Positions 20,495 through 31,800 of a stretch of 64,000 nt of DNA are shown here, piece by piece; within the stretch, counting starts at the first letter, position 1, and every line of letters starts with the position of its first letter. This stretch comes from Thecamonas trahens ATCC 50062. Lineage: Eukaryota; Protista; Apusomonadida. The notes under the pieces were generated by a model. The model was not told the origin of the DNA, did not search any database, and saw nothing but the letters and a program-made list of their open reading frames with translations. A program made the position numbers and the translations under genes. The stretch lies in contig NW_013657654.1 in NCBI RefSeq assembly GCF_000142905.1, positions 1 through 64,000 of the forward strand. The letters are read 5' to 3'.

Positions 20495-22999
20495 TCATCG
20501 CAAGGAGAGAGTGAGGTGTTTGCCCAAGCACAAGGCAGGCCAAGGCCAAGGCCAAGTCACAACAAAGCGGGCGCGATTAGAGTCGGGCACCGTGCCGGAG
20601 GAGCAAGGTCTCGACCTGATCGATGCCAACAGGGACGAGCGGGAGAGGAAGCCCGAGTAGAACGACTCGCCCTGCATGCGGATGGCGTCGATGAACATAG
20701 CGACAAGGTGTGGCGAGGCCGAGAGGGCGCCAGCCGAGTCGAGGACAAGCAGGGCTCGGACCATGTTGGAGGTCGAGAGCTGGGCAAGGAGCTCGGCGCC
20801 CGGGCGCTCGCTGGAGACGAGGGCGTCGGTCATGGCCTCCACGAGCGGGTTGACGGCAGCTGATGCCGGATGCGCAGTGTGGAGCGCCCAGGCCAGGCCC
20901 ATGGCGACCGGGAACGAGACCGCCGACGCCGAGCCGCTTGCCACACGCTGCTCGACGGCGCGGCGGGTGGCCGGGAAGGCGACGCCAGCACGTGCAAGGG
21001 AGACGCAGGCAGCGGCCACCCAGCCGGGCGCGAGTTCATCGAGCCGCGCGGCAATGGTCTCGTCGAGTGCGGCGTAGATCGGATGCCGGGCGTCAAAGGC
21101 GCCCGACTCGACCTGCGTCGCCGCCGAGAGAACCTGCTTGAGCGGATGCGGCCCGAGGCGCGGGAGCTGCGGAACGAGGGCGCCCATGACGGTCTCGAAA
21201 AACGCGAGCGAGAACGTCGATGCTCGCGAGCATGCCACCGCAATGTTGGCCCAGTCGGGTCCGCTCAACTCGTCAGCCCGGGCGGCGATTTCGTTCTGGA
21301 TGGCCGAGAAGAGGAGGAACTGGTTGACCGACGTATGGTTGGCCTTGGCGTAGGCAAAGGCGTTGGTGCAGAGCGAGCGGGCGTCAAACTCGCTCAGTCG
21401 CGCCCGCATCACTACCGCAAGCTCGTCGAGTGCCTCGGCCACAAATCGGTGGACTTCGGGCGTCTCGCGCGCAAGCGCTGACCGCGCCCGCCGCAGCGTC
21501 GAGATCAAGATCGAGAGCTCTTGCGCTGAGCAAGCATCCGCCCGGCCGCGCACCAGGTCGTCGACCAGCGTCATGTACGCCTCGGCGTCGCCGCCGGTCG
21601 TCGCCAGCGCCCACGCCGTCATCACCGCCTCGGACGGCGACGCTCCCTCGCTCCCGCGCGCCACAAGCTCGCCGCCCAGTAGTGAGACCGTCCGCGACGT
21701 ATCCATTCCAGCCTTGGCAAACGCCCACGCCGTGTTCGCCAGGCCCTGCAGCGTAAAATACGGCAGCAGCTCCGGCACCGCTCCACCAATCGCCGCAAAC
21801 ACTGCCCGCAGCGCCGGGCCGGCCTCGCGCGACCGCGCAATGCTCGGCTTTGCAGCCACTCCGCGCGCCAGCGCCCACGCCAGGTTCGCAGCCTCCTGTG
21901 CCGAGCTCACCTCGCCGCCCAGCGCAGTGAAGCGCGCGCAAGCCGAGGCAATAAGCCCCGCAGGCAGCGCCCCGTCCGGCTCAAAGTGGCCCGCCGCGCA
22001 CAGCGCACGCGTCACCTGCCGCATCGCCAGCGAACGCATTCGCGACTGCAGGACAGACAGTGCCTGCGCCTTGAACGCCGGCACCGAGCCCGGCGCAGAC
22101 TGGCCAAGGCACCACACCAGGAACACCAGGTCCTCGGCAGACGACGAGAGCAGCGACCGCGCCAGCTCCGGATCCGCCATCCGCTCCAGCAGCCTCTCGT
22201 CGACGTGGCCAACCTTGCACAGGCCCCACATGGTCATGATGAGGTCGCGCGGAGTAAAGGCGTCCGCTCGGCTCGCCGCGTACGCCGCCAGCGCGTTGAG
22301 CGCCTCCTGCCGCGGACTCGCCCGCGCGTTGACCATCGACCACAGCAGGACAGGAACCGATCGCGGTGGGTAGGCATCAAGGACTTGCGGGAGTGAGCTT
22401 AGAACGCCGTCAAGCACCGTCCGCGCCCGCGCCTCGGCCTCGGCACGGAACGCCGCCGGCGCGTCGACCGCCGCCTTGGTCATGCACCATGCCAGCAACG
22501 TCGAGTCCTTCGGCTCCAGCTCTGCAGCAGCGGCACCATGGCCAGCAGCGGTGGCCAAGCTCGTCAAATAGCCCGAGTCCGTCGACGCATCCGTGCCGAG
22601 CTTGACAAAGACCCAGCCCATCTTGATCCGCTCCGGGAGGGTGAAGGCGTCTGCCGCGTCGGCAGCCACCGCCGGTAGCACCGAGTACAGCCGATGCCGG
22701 AACGATGCCAGCGGGAGCAAGTCATGAACAACAGCCTTGAGCTGCTCGGGCGCAAGGCTCCTCGCCGCCGCAGCATCTGCCACCGTGTTCAGCACCTGCC
22801 GAATCTCCCCATTAGCCAGAGCCTCGGCCCGTGCCGCCCGAGCGCTCGCCTCCCGCCGGGTGAGGGCATGGAGACTCTCCACCGCAGCCGCCGTCACCGC
22901 CGCATCCGGCCGCGTCCCTACCCCACGCACCCCGTACAGGCGTCTAGCTATCATGCCCACCAGCGGTTGCCCCGCAGCCAGCCGCACTCGACCCAGCAT
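20495..22999 (-). CDS. Octotricopeptide-repeat/FASTK-like helical RNA-binding protein, probably organelle-targeted
   Basis: ~38-aa repeats such as FTLQGLANTAWAFAKAG, SAQEAANLAWALA, FTPRDLIMTMWGL and YPPRSVPVLLWSM. Arg-rich presequence from MLGRVRL (ATG 22999). The true stop may be the TAA at 20577 if one C is missing near 20640. Confidence 0.7.
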   Translation of the reverse strand: MLGRVRLAAGQPLVGMIARRLYGVRGVGTRPDAAVTAAAVESLHALTRREASARAARAEALANGEIRQVLNTVADAAAARSLAPEQLKAVVHDLLPLASFRHRLYSVLPAVAADAADAFTLPERIKMGWVFVKLGTDASTDSGYLTSLATAAGHGAAAAELEPKDSTLLAWCMTKAAVDAPAAFRAEAEARARTVLDGVLSSLPQVLDAYPPRSVPVLLWSMVNARASPRQEALNALAAYAASRADAFTPRDLIMTMWGLCKVGHVDERLLERMADPELARSLLSSSAEDLVFLVWCLGQSAPGSVPAFKAQALSVLQSRMRSLAMRQVTRALCAAGHFEPDGALPAGLIASACARFTALGGEVSSAQEAANLAWALARGVAAKPSIARSREAGPALRAVFAAIGGAVPELLPYFTLQGLANTAWAFAKAGMDTSRTVSLLGGELVARGSEGASPSEAVMTAWALATTGGDAEAYMTLVDDLVRGRADACSAQELSILISTLRRARSALARETPEVHRFVAEALDELAVVMRARLSEFDARSLCTNAFAYAKANHTSVNQFLLFSAIQNEIAARADELSGPDWANIAVACSRASTFSLAFFETVMGALVPQLPRLGPHPLKQVLSAATQVESGAFDARHPIYAALDETIAARLDELAPGWVAAACVSLARAGVAFPATRRAVEQRVASGSASAVSFPVAMGLAWALHTAHPASAAVNPLVEAMTDALVSSERPGAELLAQLSTSNMVRALLVLDSAGALSASPHLVAMFIDAIRMQGESFYSGFLSRSSLLASIRSRPCSSGTVPDSNRARFVVTWPWPWPALCLGKHLTLSLR

Positions 23000-23059
23000 C
23001 GGTGTGGGCTGGGTGTCAGAGGAGGGAGAGAGAGAGATGGCTGGTGATGGGCCCACCTC
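22997..23059 (+). repeat. 63-bp exact direct repeat, left copy
   Basis: catcggtgtgggctgggtgtcagaggagggagagagagagatggctggtgatgggcccacctc, identical at 25747-25809. Confidence 0.95.
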
Positions 23060-25746
23060 CAGTGTACGGAACGACGATAGTCATAGTCATTCGTAGTCAA
23101 AAGATTTAGTCATTAGTTAGTCAGTCAAACGTCAATGACTAAGATGGTGATCAAGACGGAGGCACCCCTCTCACACGCAGCATGCCCCGTTCTTCGGCCT
23201 TGTGGCAGCTTGTCACGCACCAGAACAGAGAGGCTCCTTGCTGCAGGCTCTGCGGCAAGCAGATTAGCCTCAACAGTTTCAAGTCGACCTCAAATATCAA
23301 AAGCCACTTCCGAAACGCCCACAGCGAGGTGCTGTCGGCGCTGGACGTTGATGTCCCCACGTCCAGCCAGCGGCTGCAGGCGTACTTCCCCTCGGAAGAC
23401 CGCTTGAAGGCTGCAAAGCCGCGCGTTGCGGAATACGCGCTCAAGAGCGTGCTGTACAAGCACCGCTCGTTTGCGTCGATCGAAGACCCGTACCTCGCCC
23501 ACATGTTCGCTGTCGCAGTGGGTTTGAGTGCGACGAGCGTGCGCAAGATTCTACCGTGCGAGAAGCACCTGCGTGAGGGTGTACTCGATCGCGTTTTCCT
23601 CCAGTACCGCACCAAGATGCAGGAGCACATTGGGGACGGGCCTATCTCCCTCATCGTCGATGAGTGGACGTCGTCTGGGACGCGCCATACCTTTCTCGGT
23701 GTGTGTGCCCAGTTCTACAGTTCGGGAGTGCGCATGACAATCCCCATCGGGTTCAAGGCGCTCACCGCCGATCTCATGAACGCTGTTCGCTCAACGTCTG
23801 ACGACAGCGCCGAGTACGACACCACATATCTCTCCGCCAACGCCGAGAATCTCGCCAAGGTGGTGAAGCTCTGTGTGACAGAGTTCGGGATTGACTGGGT
23901 CCAGGTAGTCGCCTTGTCTAGCGACACAACGGCGCTCATGCCCCGGATGACAAAGCGCTTCCTCGAACTCCCGTGGCATCCATGTCTCTCCCACCGCATT
24001 CAGCGCATCGTCGGTGACGTGCTCAAGGCGGTACAGGCTGACAGTGAGCTGGATCCTGCCTTGGTGCAGACAGACTTGGTCTCGAGCCGTGACACGGCCG
24101 TACTCGAGATGGGCGGCGTAGGCGAGGACACGGACGACGAGGACGTCGAAAAGGAGGATGGGTTCTCGGAGGTGGCATCGTTGTCGTCGTCAGAGTGGCC
24201 GACGCTGAGTGATACCGTTGCATCCGATGACCTTGCCTCTGCCCCGCTCGTGGGAAGCACTGACGCAATTTCTAAGCTGCGCCGCCTTGTCTCTTTCATC
24301 TCTCGCTCGTCCAAGGCCAAGCGCACGATGCGCCACTTCATCAACAAGAAGAACATCGAGGCTACGCACGCATACAAGTCCGCGCTGAACTCATATGAGA
24401 TGGATGTCCAGCTTGGTCAAGTGACCGTGGATGACAAACCGTCTCCACCCGTCCTGGTAACATACACGTCGTTGCGGCCGGACGTGAGTACTCGCTGGGG
24501 CTCGACGGTGACTATGCTGGAACGGGCGTCGAGGATGAAGGATGCCGTGGATTTTGTTTCGACTGAGATCGCGGGTGCCCCGGCTAAGTTGACCGCGAGC
24601 GAGTGGGACGAGGTACATGACGCTGTGGAGGTACTCCTCACGATCAACAACTCGTGCATCATGTCTCAGACGTCCGATATGTCGTCCTCCCTTTCGCTCC
24701 TTACGATGGTGGCGATTGTGGACGATCTGGCAGAGCTCAAGATCAACAACGAGGATATCCCTAGGATCCAACAGCTGTGCGACATCGCCACCCAGGCAGC
24801 GTACAAACAGGTTGCGTACATGTACAAAGAGGATGCGTGCCTCTTTGCTCTCCTTATTGACACGACTGTCACCAAGGACGACCTTGTGTATGTCCAGGGA
24901 GTTGTCGCCGACGCCAACAACTCGCTTGGTGTGCGCCATCTGGCGACCGCTGCTGAGGTCCACCATGACATGTGGCGTCGCTTGGCAGACGTCCTTGAGC
25001 CCAAGCTCCTGGACGTTCTGTCCACGCTCCCGTCGCATACTGCGGCGTCATCGAGCGGAGCGAGCAACACGCTTCCGCAAGAATCGCGGGACCCCACGTA
25101 CTTTTCCCCGAGTATGTCTGCTGCCGGTGGGCCATCCAAGGTGGTAATGGCTGAGCCGGCTTCATCGCCACAGGCGCGCTCGCGGATGGACGCGGAGCGC
25201 GAGGCGCGCGCTCGTAACATTGCCAAGCGCGAGAAGAACGCGGGGAAGCGCCTGCGCGCGAAGAGCGTTGATGAGGTTCGCGGCTGCAAGGTGCGAAAGA
25301 TGACGGTGAACGATACGCCTGCGTCTGTGGCTTCGTTCAGCAACTACAAGCTCGTCGAAGTGTTCTGCAAGGTTCTCACGGCTACGTTGTACAACAGTCG
25401 GCTAATCTCTACCTCTTCAAGTTTGTCCGTAGGCGACATGTTGGCTAAGTTTGAGGACGTGTGCGTCGGTCTCGAGTCTCGCAAGAACTGGAACCGCAAG
25501 GCTGACGTACGGCGGATCCAGGTGCTGTGTGCGAGGTTCCGCTTGTGGGGCCAGGGGATCCTTCTTCCATCGGCCTCCGCTGCCAGCGTCGAACGGCTCA
25601 ACTCGGTGGCGACAGACATGATGACGAGGAAGCGGAACCGCCTCTCGGCTCTGCGCGCCGAGAAGATGATGCTCCTGCGTGCATGGATGCTTTTCGACTT
25701 TGAGCTGACGAAGAAACTGTAGTGACGATACGCATCAGCTGTTAGT
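23060..25746 (+). mobile_element. hAT-superfamily DNA transposon, left end intact, right TIR missing
   Basis: Begins CAGTGT. TAGTCA subterminal repeats at 23078, 23084, 23094, 23107 and 23118, inverted at 23136, and one at 25743. Carries a transposase ORF and has lower GC than host genes. Confidence 0.85.
23182..25722 (+). CDS. hAT transposase with BED zinc finger
   Basis: BED CRLC..TSNIKSHF..H, LIVDEWTS (D), LSSDT (D), CLSH (CxxH), TRWGS, and C-terminal SASAASVERLNS (E, dimerisation region). Uninterrupted 846 aa. Confidence 0.92.
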   Translation: MPRSSALWQLVTHQNREAPCCRLCGKQISLNSFKSTSNIKSHFRNAHSEVLSALDVDVPTSSQRLQAYFPSEDRLKAAKPRVAEYALKSVLYKHRSFASIEDPYLAHMFAVAVGLSATSVRKILPCEKHLREGVLDRVFLQYRTKMQEHIGDGPISLIVDEWTSSGTRHTFLGVCAQFYSSGVRMTIPIGFKALTADLMNAVRSTSDDSAEYDTTYLSANAENLAKVVKLCVTEFGIDWVQVVALSSDTTALMPRMTKRFLELPWHPCLSHRIQRIVGDVLKAVQADSELDPALVQTDLVSSRDTAVLEMGGVGEDTDDEDVEKEDGFSEVASLSSSEWPTLSDTVASDDLASAPLVGSTDAISKLRRLVSFISRSSKAKRTMRHFINKKNIEATHAYKSALNSYEMDVQLGQVTVDDKPSPPVLVTYTSLRPDVSTRWGSTVTMLERASRMKDAVDFVSTEIAGAPAKLTASEWDEVHDAVEVLLTINNSCIMSQTSDMSSSLSLLTMVAIVDDLAELKINNEDIPRIQQLCDIATQAAYKQVAYMYKEDACLFALLIDTTVTKDDLVYVQGVVADANNSLGVRHLATAAEVHHDMWRRLADVLEPKLLDVLSTLPSHTAASSSGASNTLPQESRDPTYFSPSMSAAGGPSKVVMAEPASSPQARSRMDAEREARARNIAKREKNAGKRLRAKSVDEVRGCKVRKMTVNDTPASVASFSNYKLVEVFCKVLTATLYNSRLISTSSSLSVGDMLAKFEDVCVGLESRKNWNRKADVRRIQVLCARFRLWGQGILLPSASAASVERLNSVATDMMTRKRNRLSALRAEKMMLLRAWMLFDFELTKKL

Positions 25747-25809
25747 CATCGGTGTGGGCTGGGTGTCAGAGGAGGGAGAGAGAGAGATGGCTGGTGATGG
25801 GCCCACCTC
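25747..25809 (+). repeat. 63-bp exact direct repeat, right copy
   Basis: Identical to 22997-23059. Confidence 0.95.
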
Positions 25810-26113
25810 GCGAGCTGGCGAGGCCTGGATGGTAGCCTAGCTGATGCCGATGGCGAGGAGGCAAGAGCTCATCCTTCTGCACTGGTGAGAGATCGCTCTC
25901 CCCTCATCAAAGGCTTGCGCTACTTGGTGGCTGTGGCTCAGTCTGCAGGTGTGTCCCATGTTCGGCCGAGTGCTTGATGGCGGTGGGTGGGGGCGGTGGC
26001 CACCTCGGACTGGGTCGGCTGCTGTGGGTGGCTGGGTGGCTCGGTGGCGGCAGAGCAAGGTGCGAGGTGCGAGTCGGAGAGGGGGACTACACTCAGCTCG
26101 TGGAGGCAAGCCC

Positions 26114-27594
26114 ATGTCTGGGCCACACATGCAAGGAGGCCACAACCCACTGCAGGGCTATGAGGACCTCCTGGGCCTGGCAGAGGATCCCTCACTCGAC
26201 GCACAGCTGCGGAACCTGGACCTCTCGGCCGAGTACGCGACGAGGAGGAGGAGGGGGAGGGGGGGGGGGGGGGGGGGAGAGGGAGGGAGGAGGAAGGGAG
26301 GAAGGGAGGGAGGGGAGGGAGGGGGAGGGAGGGAGGGGGGGATGGACCTAGCGGTGCGGGATGCTGTGTAGCTGCTGCCGGCCTGGTGCTGGGCTGGTTC
26401 TGGTGGTGGTCGACCCTGGCCTGGTCTGGGTGGTCGTGGCCAGGAACATCATGGCCGACCAGTCGACGAGGGGAAGAAGAACTCACTCAGATGGGTGCGG
26501 TGTGCGGTGCGGTGTGCGGTGTGAGGGGGTGGCAGGGCAACGGAGCCGTTCCCGATGATTCCGCTTGGCCTGGATGAGGCGCTGCTGGCAGAGTACGGCG
26601 AGTCGGCGGTGCAGCTTGTGCTAGTGGATGAGCCGCCGGAGACGGTGTACAAGAACACGACGTATCATCTGCAGGCGGCGCTGGTATCATCGGATGACAA
26701 GCTTGTTCCGTTCCCATTCTTTCTCCCGGACGATTCCGGCAGGATGATAGAGTACGACTCACTCACCGTCCGTGCACAACTGCTGTACCACGACAACTCG
26801 CCAGTCCCGTCCAAGCGAACGGTCTCGGTCGACGATGCCACCGGCGCGCCGACAACCAAGGAGCTACCACCACTGCGTGCAAGCGAAGGCATCATGCGTG
26901 ACGGGGTGGCCAACGTAGCGCTCGGTGTCAACGCGCTCTCCGGCCGCGGCAAGTCGCTCATCCTTTACAAGCTCAAGATTTACGTCGAGGAGGCGCCACA
27001 GCTCTGCCTCCACACCGATACCTTTATTGTCCGCTCCAAGCCGCCAACCAAGTCAAAAACAAGATCAGGCAAGACGCCCAAGACCTCGCCCAAGGCTGTG
27101 CTGTCTGCCAAGCGCACAAAACCAGCGCGTCGCCGCCGGGGCAGCCGATGGCCTGGGCCATGGCCTCCTCGCCGCACACCTCGCATGGCCCGGTCGACAT
27201 GGACCAGGAGCGCGTTGCCGTGCCAGTCCGCGCCTCCCACACCGCGCCAGCGAGCACGACGACCTCACCGGCGCATCGCTCGTCGACAACCTCGCTCGCT
27301 GCCATGGTCATGGGCGATCCCGAAGGTTCGCGGGGTGGGCTCGGCATGGGCGGGCACGCCGCCTCCGGCTCGGATCCAGTGCTCTCCACCCTGCAGGGCT
27401 TTATGGACATGCACCCGCCGTCGTCGGCCGAGCCTGCTGAGCTGCTGAGGCTCATCCAGTCGTCGGTCGTCGCCCCGCTCCTCTCGGAGATCTTTGCCCT
27501 CCGCGCCTCGCTCTCCGAGCAGCGCGCGCTCACCACCGCGCTCAACACCAAGCTGCAGTACCTCGAGCATCGACTCTCTCACACACAGCGTTGA
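26114..27594 (+). CDS. Putative Ig-fold (velvet/Rel-like) DNA-binding protein with C-terminal coiled coil; intron 26233-26535; frameshift ~27118-27121
   Basis: Pattern LVDEPPETVYKN..AQLLYHD..NALS..YKLKI..TDTFIVRSK. Exon 1 from ATG 26114 splices in frame (GTACGC..GGCAG). Leucine-zipper-like tail LLSEIFALRASL..LQYLEHRL. Confidence 0.55.
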
Positions 27595-27634
27595 CAAATC
27601 GCCGTGGGGGCATATGCTGGACGCTGAAGTGGTT

Positions 27635-28578
27635 TTACGAGAAGCACGGCCGGAGGCTACGGTTGCGGTGGATCGAGAGCCCGGCGGCTACCACTGTGAC
27701 CAGGAGCCCGACCGCGATCTCGGACATGAACGAGGCGACGTAGAGAACATGCTTCATCGTCGTCGCCGACTGTTTCTCGGCAAGCGGCGGCAGACGCGCC
27801 GCGGTCGCCATGCCTACATTCCCTGCGCGGCCCTCGTGGTACTCTGCCTGTGACGAGTAGCTCGAGCCCGAACTCGACGAGCCTGAGCCCAAGCTCGTCT
27901 CGGATCCGGAACAGGACCGCGAAACTGAGCTGGTGGTCGAGTCAGAGTCGGGCGCAGCGCCAGCTGGCGCAGCCTCGGCATCGGACGGCGCGTCTGGGTG
28001 CGGCGGCGCGCAAAAGTTGAGGTACGACTGAAGGATAAGAAAGACGCCGGCGGCGACAAAGGTCAGTATGCCGAGGACGAGCCAGACGGCAGGCACATCG
28101 TCGGCGTCGGCCATGTACGCCATGGAAAGACCGGAATGCCAAGGAAGAACAACATGGCGGCGACGGAATGGATGAGCGTGGAGACGCCGATGGGGATGGT
28201 GAGGCAGCCAGGGCCAAAGCCCACGTAGTACGTAGTCACCGTTCCCGCGCCGTCGGTGTAGAAGATGCCCACCAGCGGGAGGCACCAGATAATCAGCAGC
28301 TGGGCCCACCACGAAAAGTCCGACAAGTCCGACCCGTTCCACCGCTCAAGCATCAGCAGCAGGCTCAGGCCCGACGAGACAGCAAAAGTGAGCGCAAAGA
28401 GCAGTCGGTTGCCAAAGCTCCGAGGATCAGCCGCATAGCTGGAGATGGTAGTGAACGTCGTCCGAATCCGTCCGTAATTGTACACAATGTGCACGCCAAA
28501 GACGGCCACAATCGCCACCAACGCAGCGCCCTCTAGGCCCAGTGCCACCACTGCGTACTCGTGCTGGCAAGTACTCAT
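27635..28578 (-). CDS. Multipass membrane protein, Frag1/DRAM/Sfk1-like; frameshift ~28126-28128
   Basis: Five or six hydrophobic segments with TISSY and HSVAAMLFF motifs. The two ORFs join by adding one T. Confidence 0.55.
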
Positions 28579-28825
28579 CTTGCGTGGATGTGGGAGCAGT
28601 GGAGTGGCGGGAGGGAAGGGGGGGGGGGGGGGGGGGGGGGGGGGAGGCAGTTGGCTGCCTTGGGCACGTGGGAAGTTTTTTTTCAACACTGAATGGGCTG
28701 TGCGCATGGCATGTGTGCAAGTCAGCAGGTGCAGCAGCGGAACCCGGCCCCCGCGCGTTGTACATTGCGTTGCCAGAAATGGGTGGCGGGTGCAGTGGAA
28801 GTTCTGGCTGCGGCTCCGTGCTCGG

Positions 28826-31800
28826 CTACAGGTCGATCATCTCGGTGGCAATGATGTCGCTCGAGTCAAACGAGCCATCCTTGAGGATGCCCTTGGACTG
28901 GGAAGCCTCGAGAAAGGCTGACTCGAGGAGGTTAGCAAGGGCCGGGTCCAGGTCGGCGGCTTCGCGCTGGAAGAGGCGCTCAAAGCGGCGCGAGCGGTCG
29001 CGGGTGGCCGAGTACAGCCGAGCCGGGTTGCGCTCGGCGCGGATGTCGCGGATTTCGATGACGACGGCGTGGACCGAGATGACGACAAGAGCAATGATGC
29101 AGACGATGACGGCAGCGAGGAAGAACATGTCAAAGGCGTCCGAGTCGCGCTCGGCGTACGAGCCCGCGCCTAGTAGGACAAATCCGATGAGAACAAACGA
29201 GAGGAGGCTCTCGGTCCGGTTGTACAGCGGGTAGTAGTACGGCTGGTAGTGGTTGACGATGACGAGCCCGACAAGGAGGATGGCCATGAGCAGGCCGATC
29301 TGGATGAGCTGGTGATTGGTGAAAAAGACGGCAGCAATGACAAGGCCGAGCCGCTTGGTCAGATTCGCCACCTCGCCCCAGTAGTACGGCGTGCGGTAGA
29401 GCCGGTAGAGTGAGCCGCAGCGCGCAAAGACGGCCGGCTCAAAGAGCGAGTCGCGGACAGAGATGAGATTGAAAAGAAAGTAGCTCGGGAAGCCGACGAC
29501 GTAGACCGCGACGCCAAAGAGGCCAAAACAAAGGTGCTCCACCATGCGCCGTCGTAGCACTTGATCCCGAGGTCCGAATCGAGCGCAAACGAGCCGTTGG
29601 GCAGCCGGGTGCAGTCAAAGTACGAGAGCGTGGCCTTGGCCAGCGGAATGTACAGCAGCGGTGCAAACATGAAGAGCAGGCCATCGACAAAGGCCTTGAG
29701 CGTGAGGTCCGGAAGCTGGACCCGGATCGACTCGAACGACGACCTTGCCAACTTGAGCACCACAAACGCCACCACCACAATGGCAAGACCTAGGAGCGGG
29801 AGGCACATAGCGAGTGAGTAGTTGGCGTAAAATCCGCCGACAGAGCACTCGGTCCTGAACAACCGCAGGTCGACGTTGAATGCCTTGAAGCCCGAGAGCA
29901 CGCTCGACGCCGCAGACGTCCACGCCAGGCTGGCGTCGGCTACAATGCCCACCACCTGGAACGCCACCACCACCATCGACAGCGTCGATGGCGCCAGCCG
30001 CATCCGCAGCTCACTCTTGCCGCGGCTCGCTGCGTTGCGGTTCGCTCGCATCACCGACATGACAAGCACCACAATGGCCAGCCCGGTCACGCCCACAAGC
30101 GCCACAATAAAGAGCGCCAGAAACTTGCCTGGCGCATCAGGACACTTGGCGCACTGGCCCTGCTCGTCCGAGTAATACTTGTCGGCGCAGGTGTTGCACA
30201 GGTAGCCGGCGTAGCCGGTGTGGCACCGGTTCCCGCCGGCGCACGCGGCCGGCCGGATGCACGACACAAACCCGGCCTCGGTCTCATAAAACCCTTTGGC
30301 CGAGACCGGCCGCGCCGCGCCGCCGGCACACACAGCGCCGGTCGGACACGGCTCACACGGCCGCTTCGCTGTCCGCATCCCAGCACCCTCCCAGTACCCG
30401 GGCACACACGAGCAGTTTGCAAACGAGCTCGAGCCGGCCGGGCCCGCTGAGAACTGCGGGCAGATGGCGCACGCTTCCGAATTGGACTCCTCAGAGTACG
30501 TCGACGCCTCGCAAGTTGTACATGTAAACTGCTCGAAAACCCGCATGCCCGGCGAGCACCGCTCGCGCGCCGCCACCGGAAACGGCGACGCCGGCACATC
30601 GACATCATTGAACGAAATAGCGATGGTGTAGAGCCCGCCGTTGGGAAACTGGATCGGAACCACACCCACAAACTGGTCATTCGATGGGTTGTCTGCCGCG
30701 CCAGGCGCAAGGACCCGCGCCGCCAGATTCTGGCTTGTCGCCGTCACATTCGACGACTTGAGCCGGATTTCCGCGTTAAGGTTGCTGGAATCGGTCTGAT
30801 CAATCGCGTTGCCAAACTCGTCGGCAAGCGCAAAGAAAAAGTCGAGCGCCTTGCCGGCCTCCACTTCGTACGACTGGGCGCCAGGGCCCAGAATTGGGTC
30901 GACCAGCTCGCATCTGGCGCCCGACGGCGGACCGGCCACAATGTCAACAATTTTTCTCGCAAACCCGCGAGAAGCTGGCGCCTCAAAGAGCTGCCCGAGG
31001 ATGCCAAAGCCAAGCATGTAGCGGCCGGCCGTCGTCGGTAGTTTGACCTTGAAAAGTTCATCGTCGCCGCCGAGTTTGAACACCTCGAGTGCCACTCGCC
31101 CGGAAGTAGGTGCGAGGATCTCCACGAGCACCTCATGAGCCCCGAGCGAGACAGTAGCCGAGGACGCCGTCCTGCCACGCATATTAAATTGAACGTATTG
31201 ACCAGCCTTGAATTCCGAGGCCGTCGCAGGCCCGCCTCTGTTCCAGCTCTCAGCAAATGACGCGGTGATGTTGACCTCGGAGCATGACGGGACAGGACTC
31301 CAATAGTGTTCATAGTAGTTGTCAATGTCGGGACCGTACACGCAGGAGCTCATTGGCTTGCCAAACATGTTGAAACCTTCGTCGCAGGTGTACGCACACA
31401 ATGCACCGCGGGGAACCTGAGCCACGGTCTCCGTGCAGTTGCTGCTGCCTGAATCGATGAATGCGACATCCGCAGGCAGGCCATCGCACTCGTCCAGGAT
31501 GCACTGGGGGGATGGATTCCACTCGAAACCACTCATCACGTCGTATGTGCAGATAAAGTCGTCCGAAGGATTGCCAGAGATGATGAATCCCGGATGGCAG
31601 GTGACGATGGCTTTGCTTCCGACGCCCATGCCACTCGGATACGTGACATCGCCGTTAAGGAACGACAGGAAGGGGCAGCCTTCTGGCGGAGGTGGAGGGG
31701 GAAACATCGGCGACGGTGACGGCGACGGTGACGGCGACGGTGACGGTGACGGTGACGGCGACGGTGACGGCGACGGTGACGGTGACGGTGACGGCGACGG

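Noticed and set aside
22997-25809. LTR retroelement (direct terminal repeats)
   Set aside because: The repeats are host leader sequence with no TG..CA ends, and the cargo is a hAT DDE transposase with no RT or gag.
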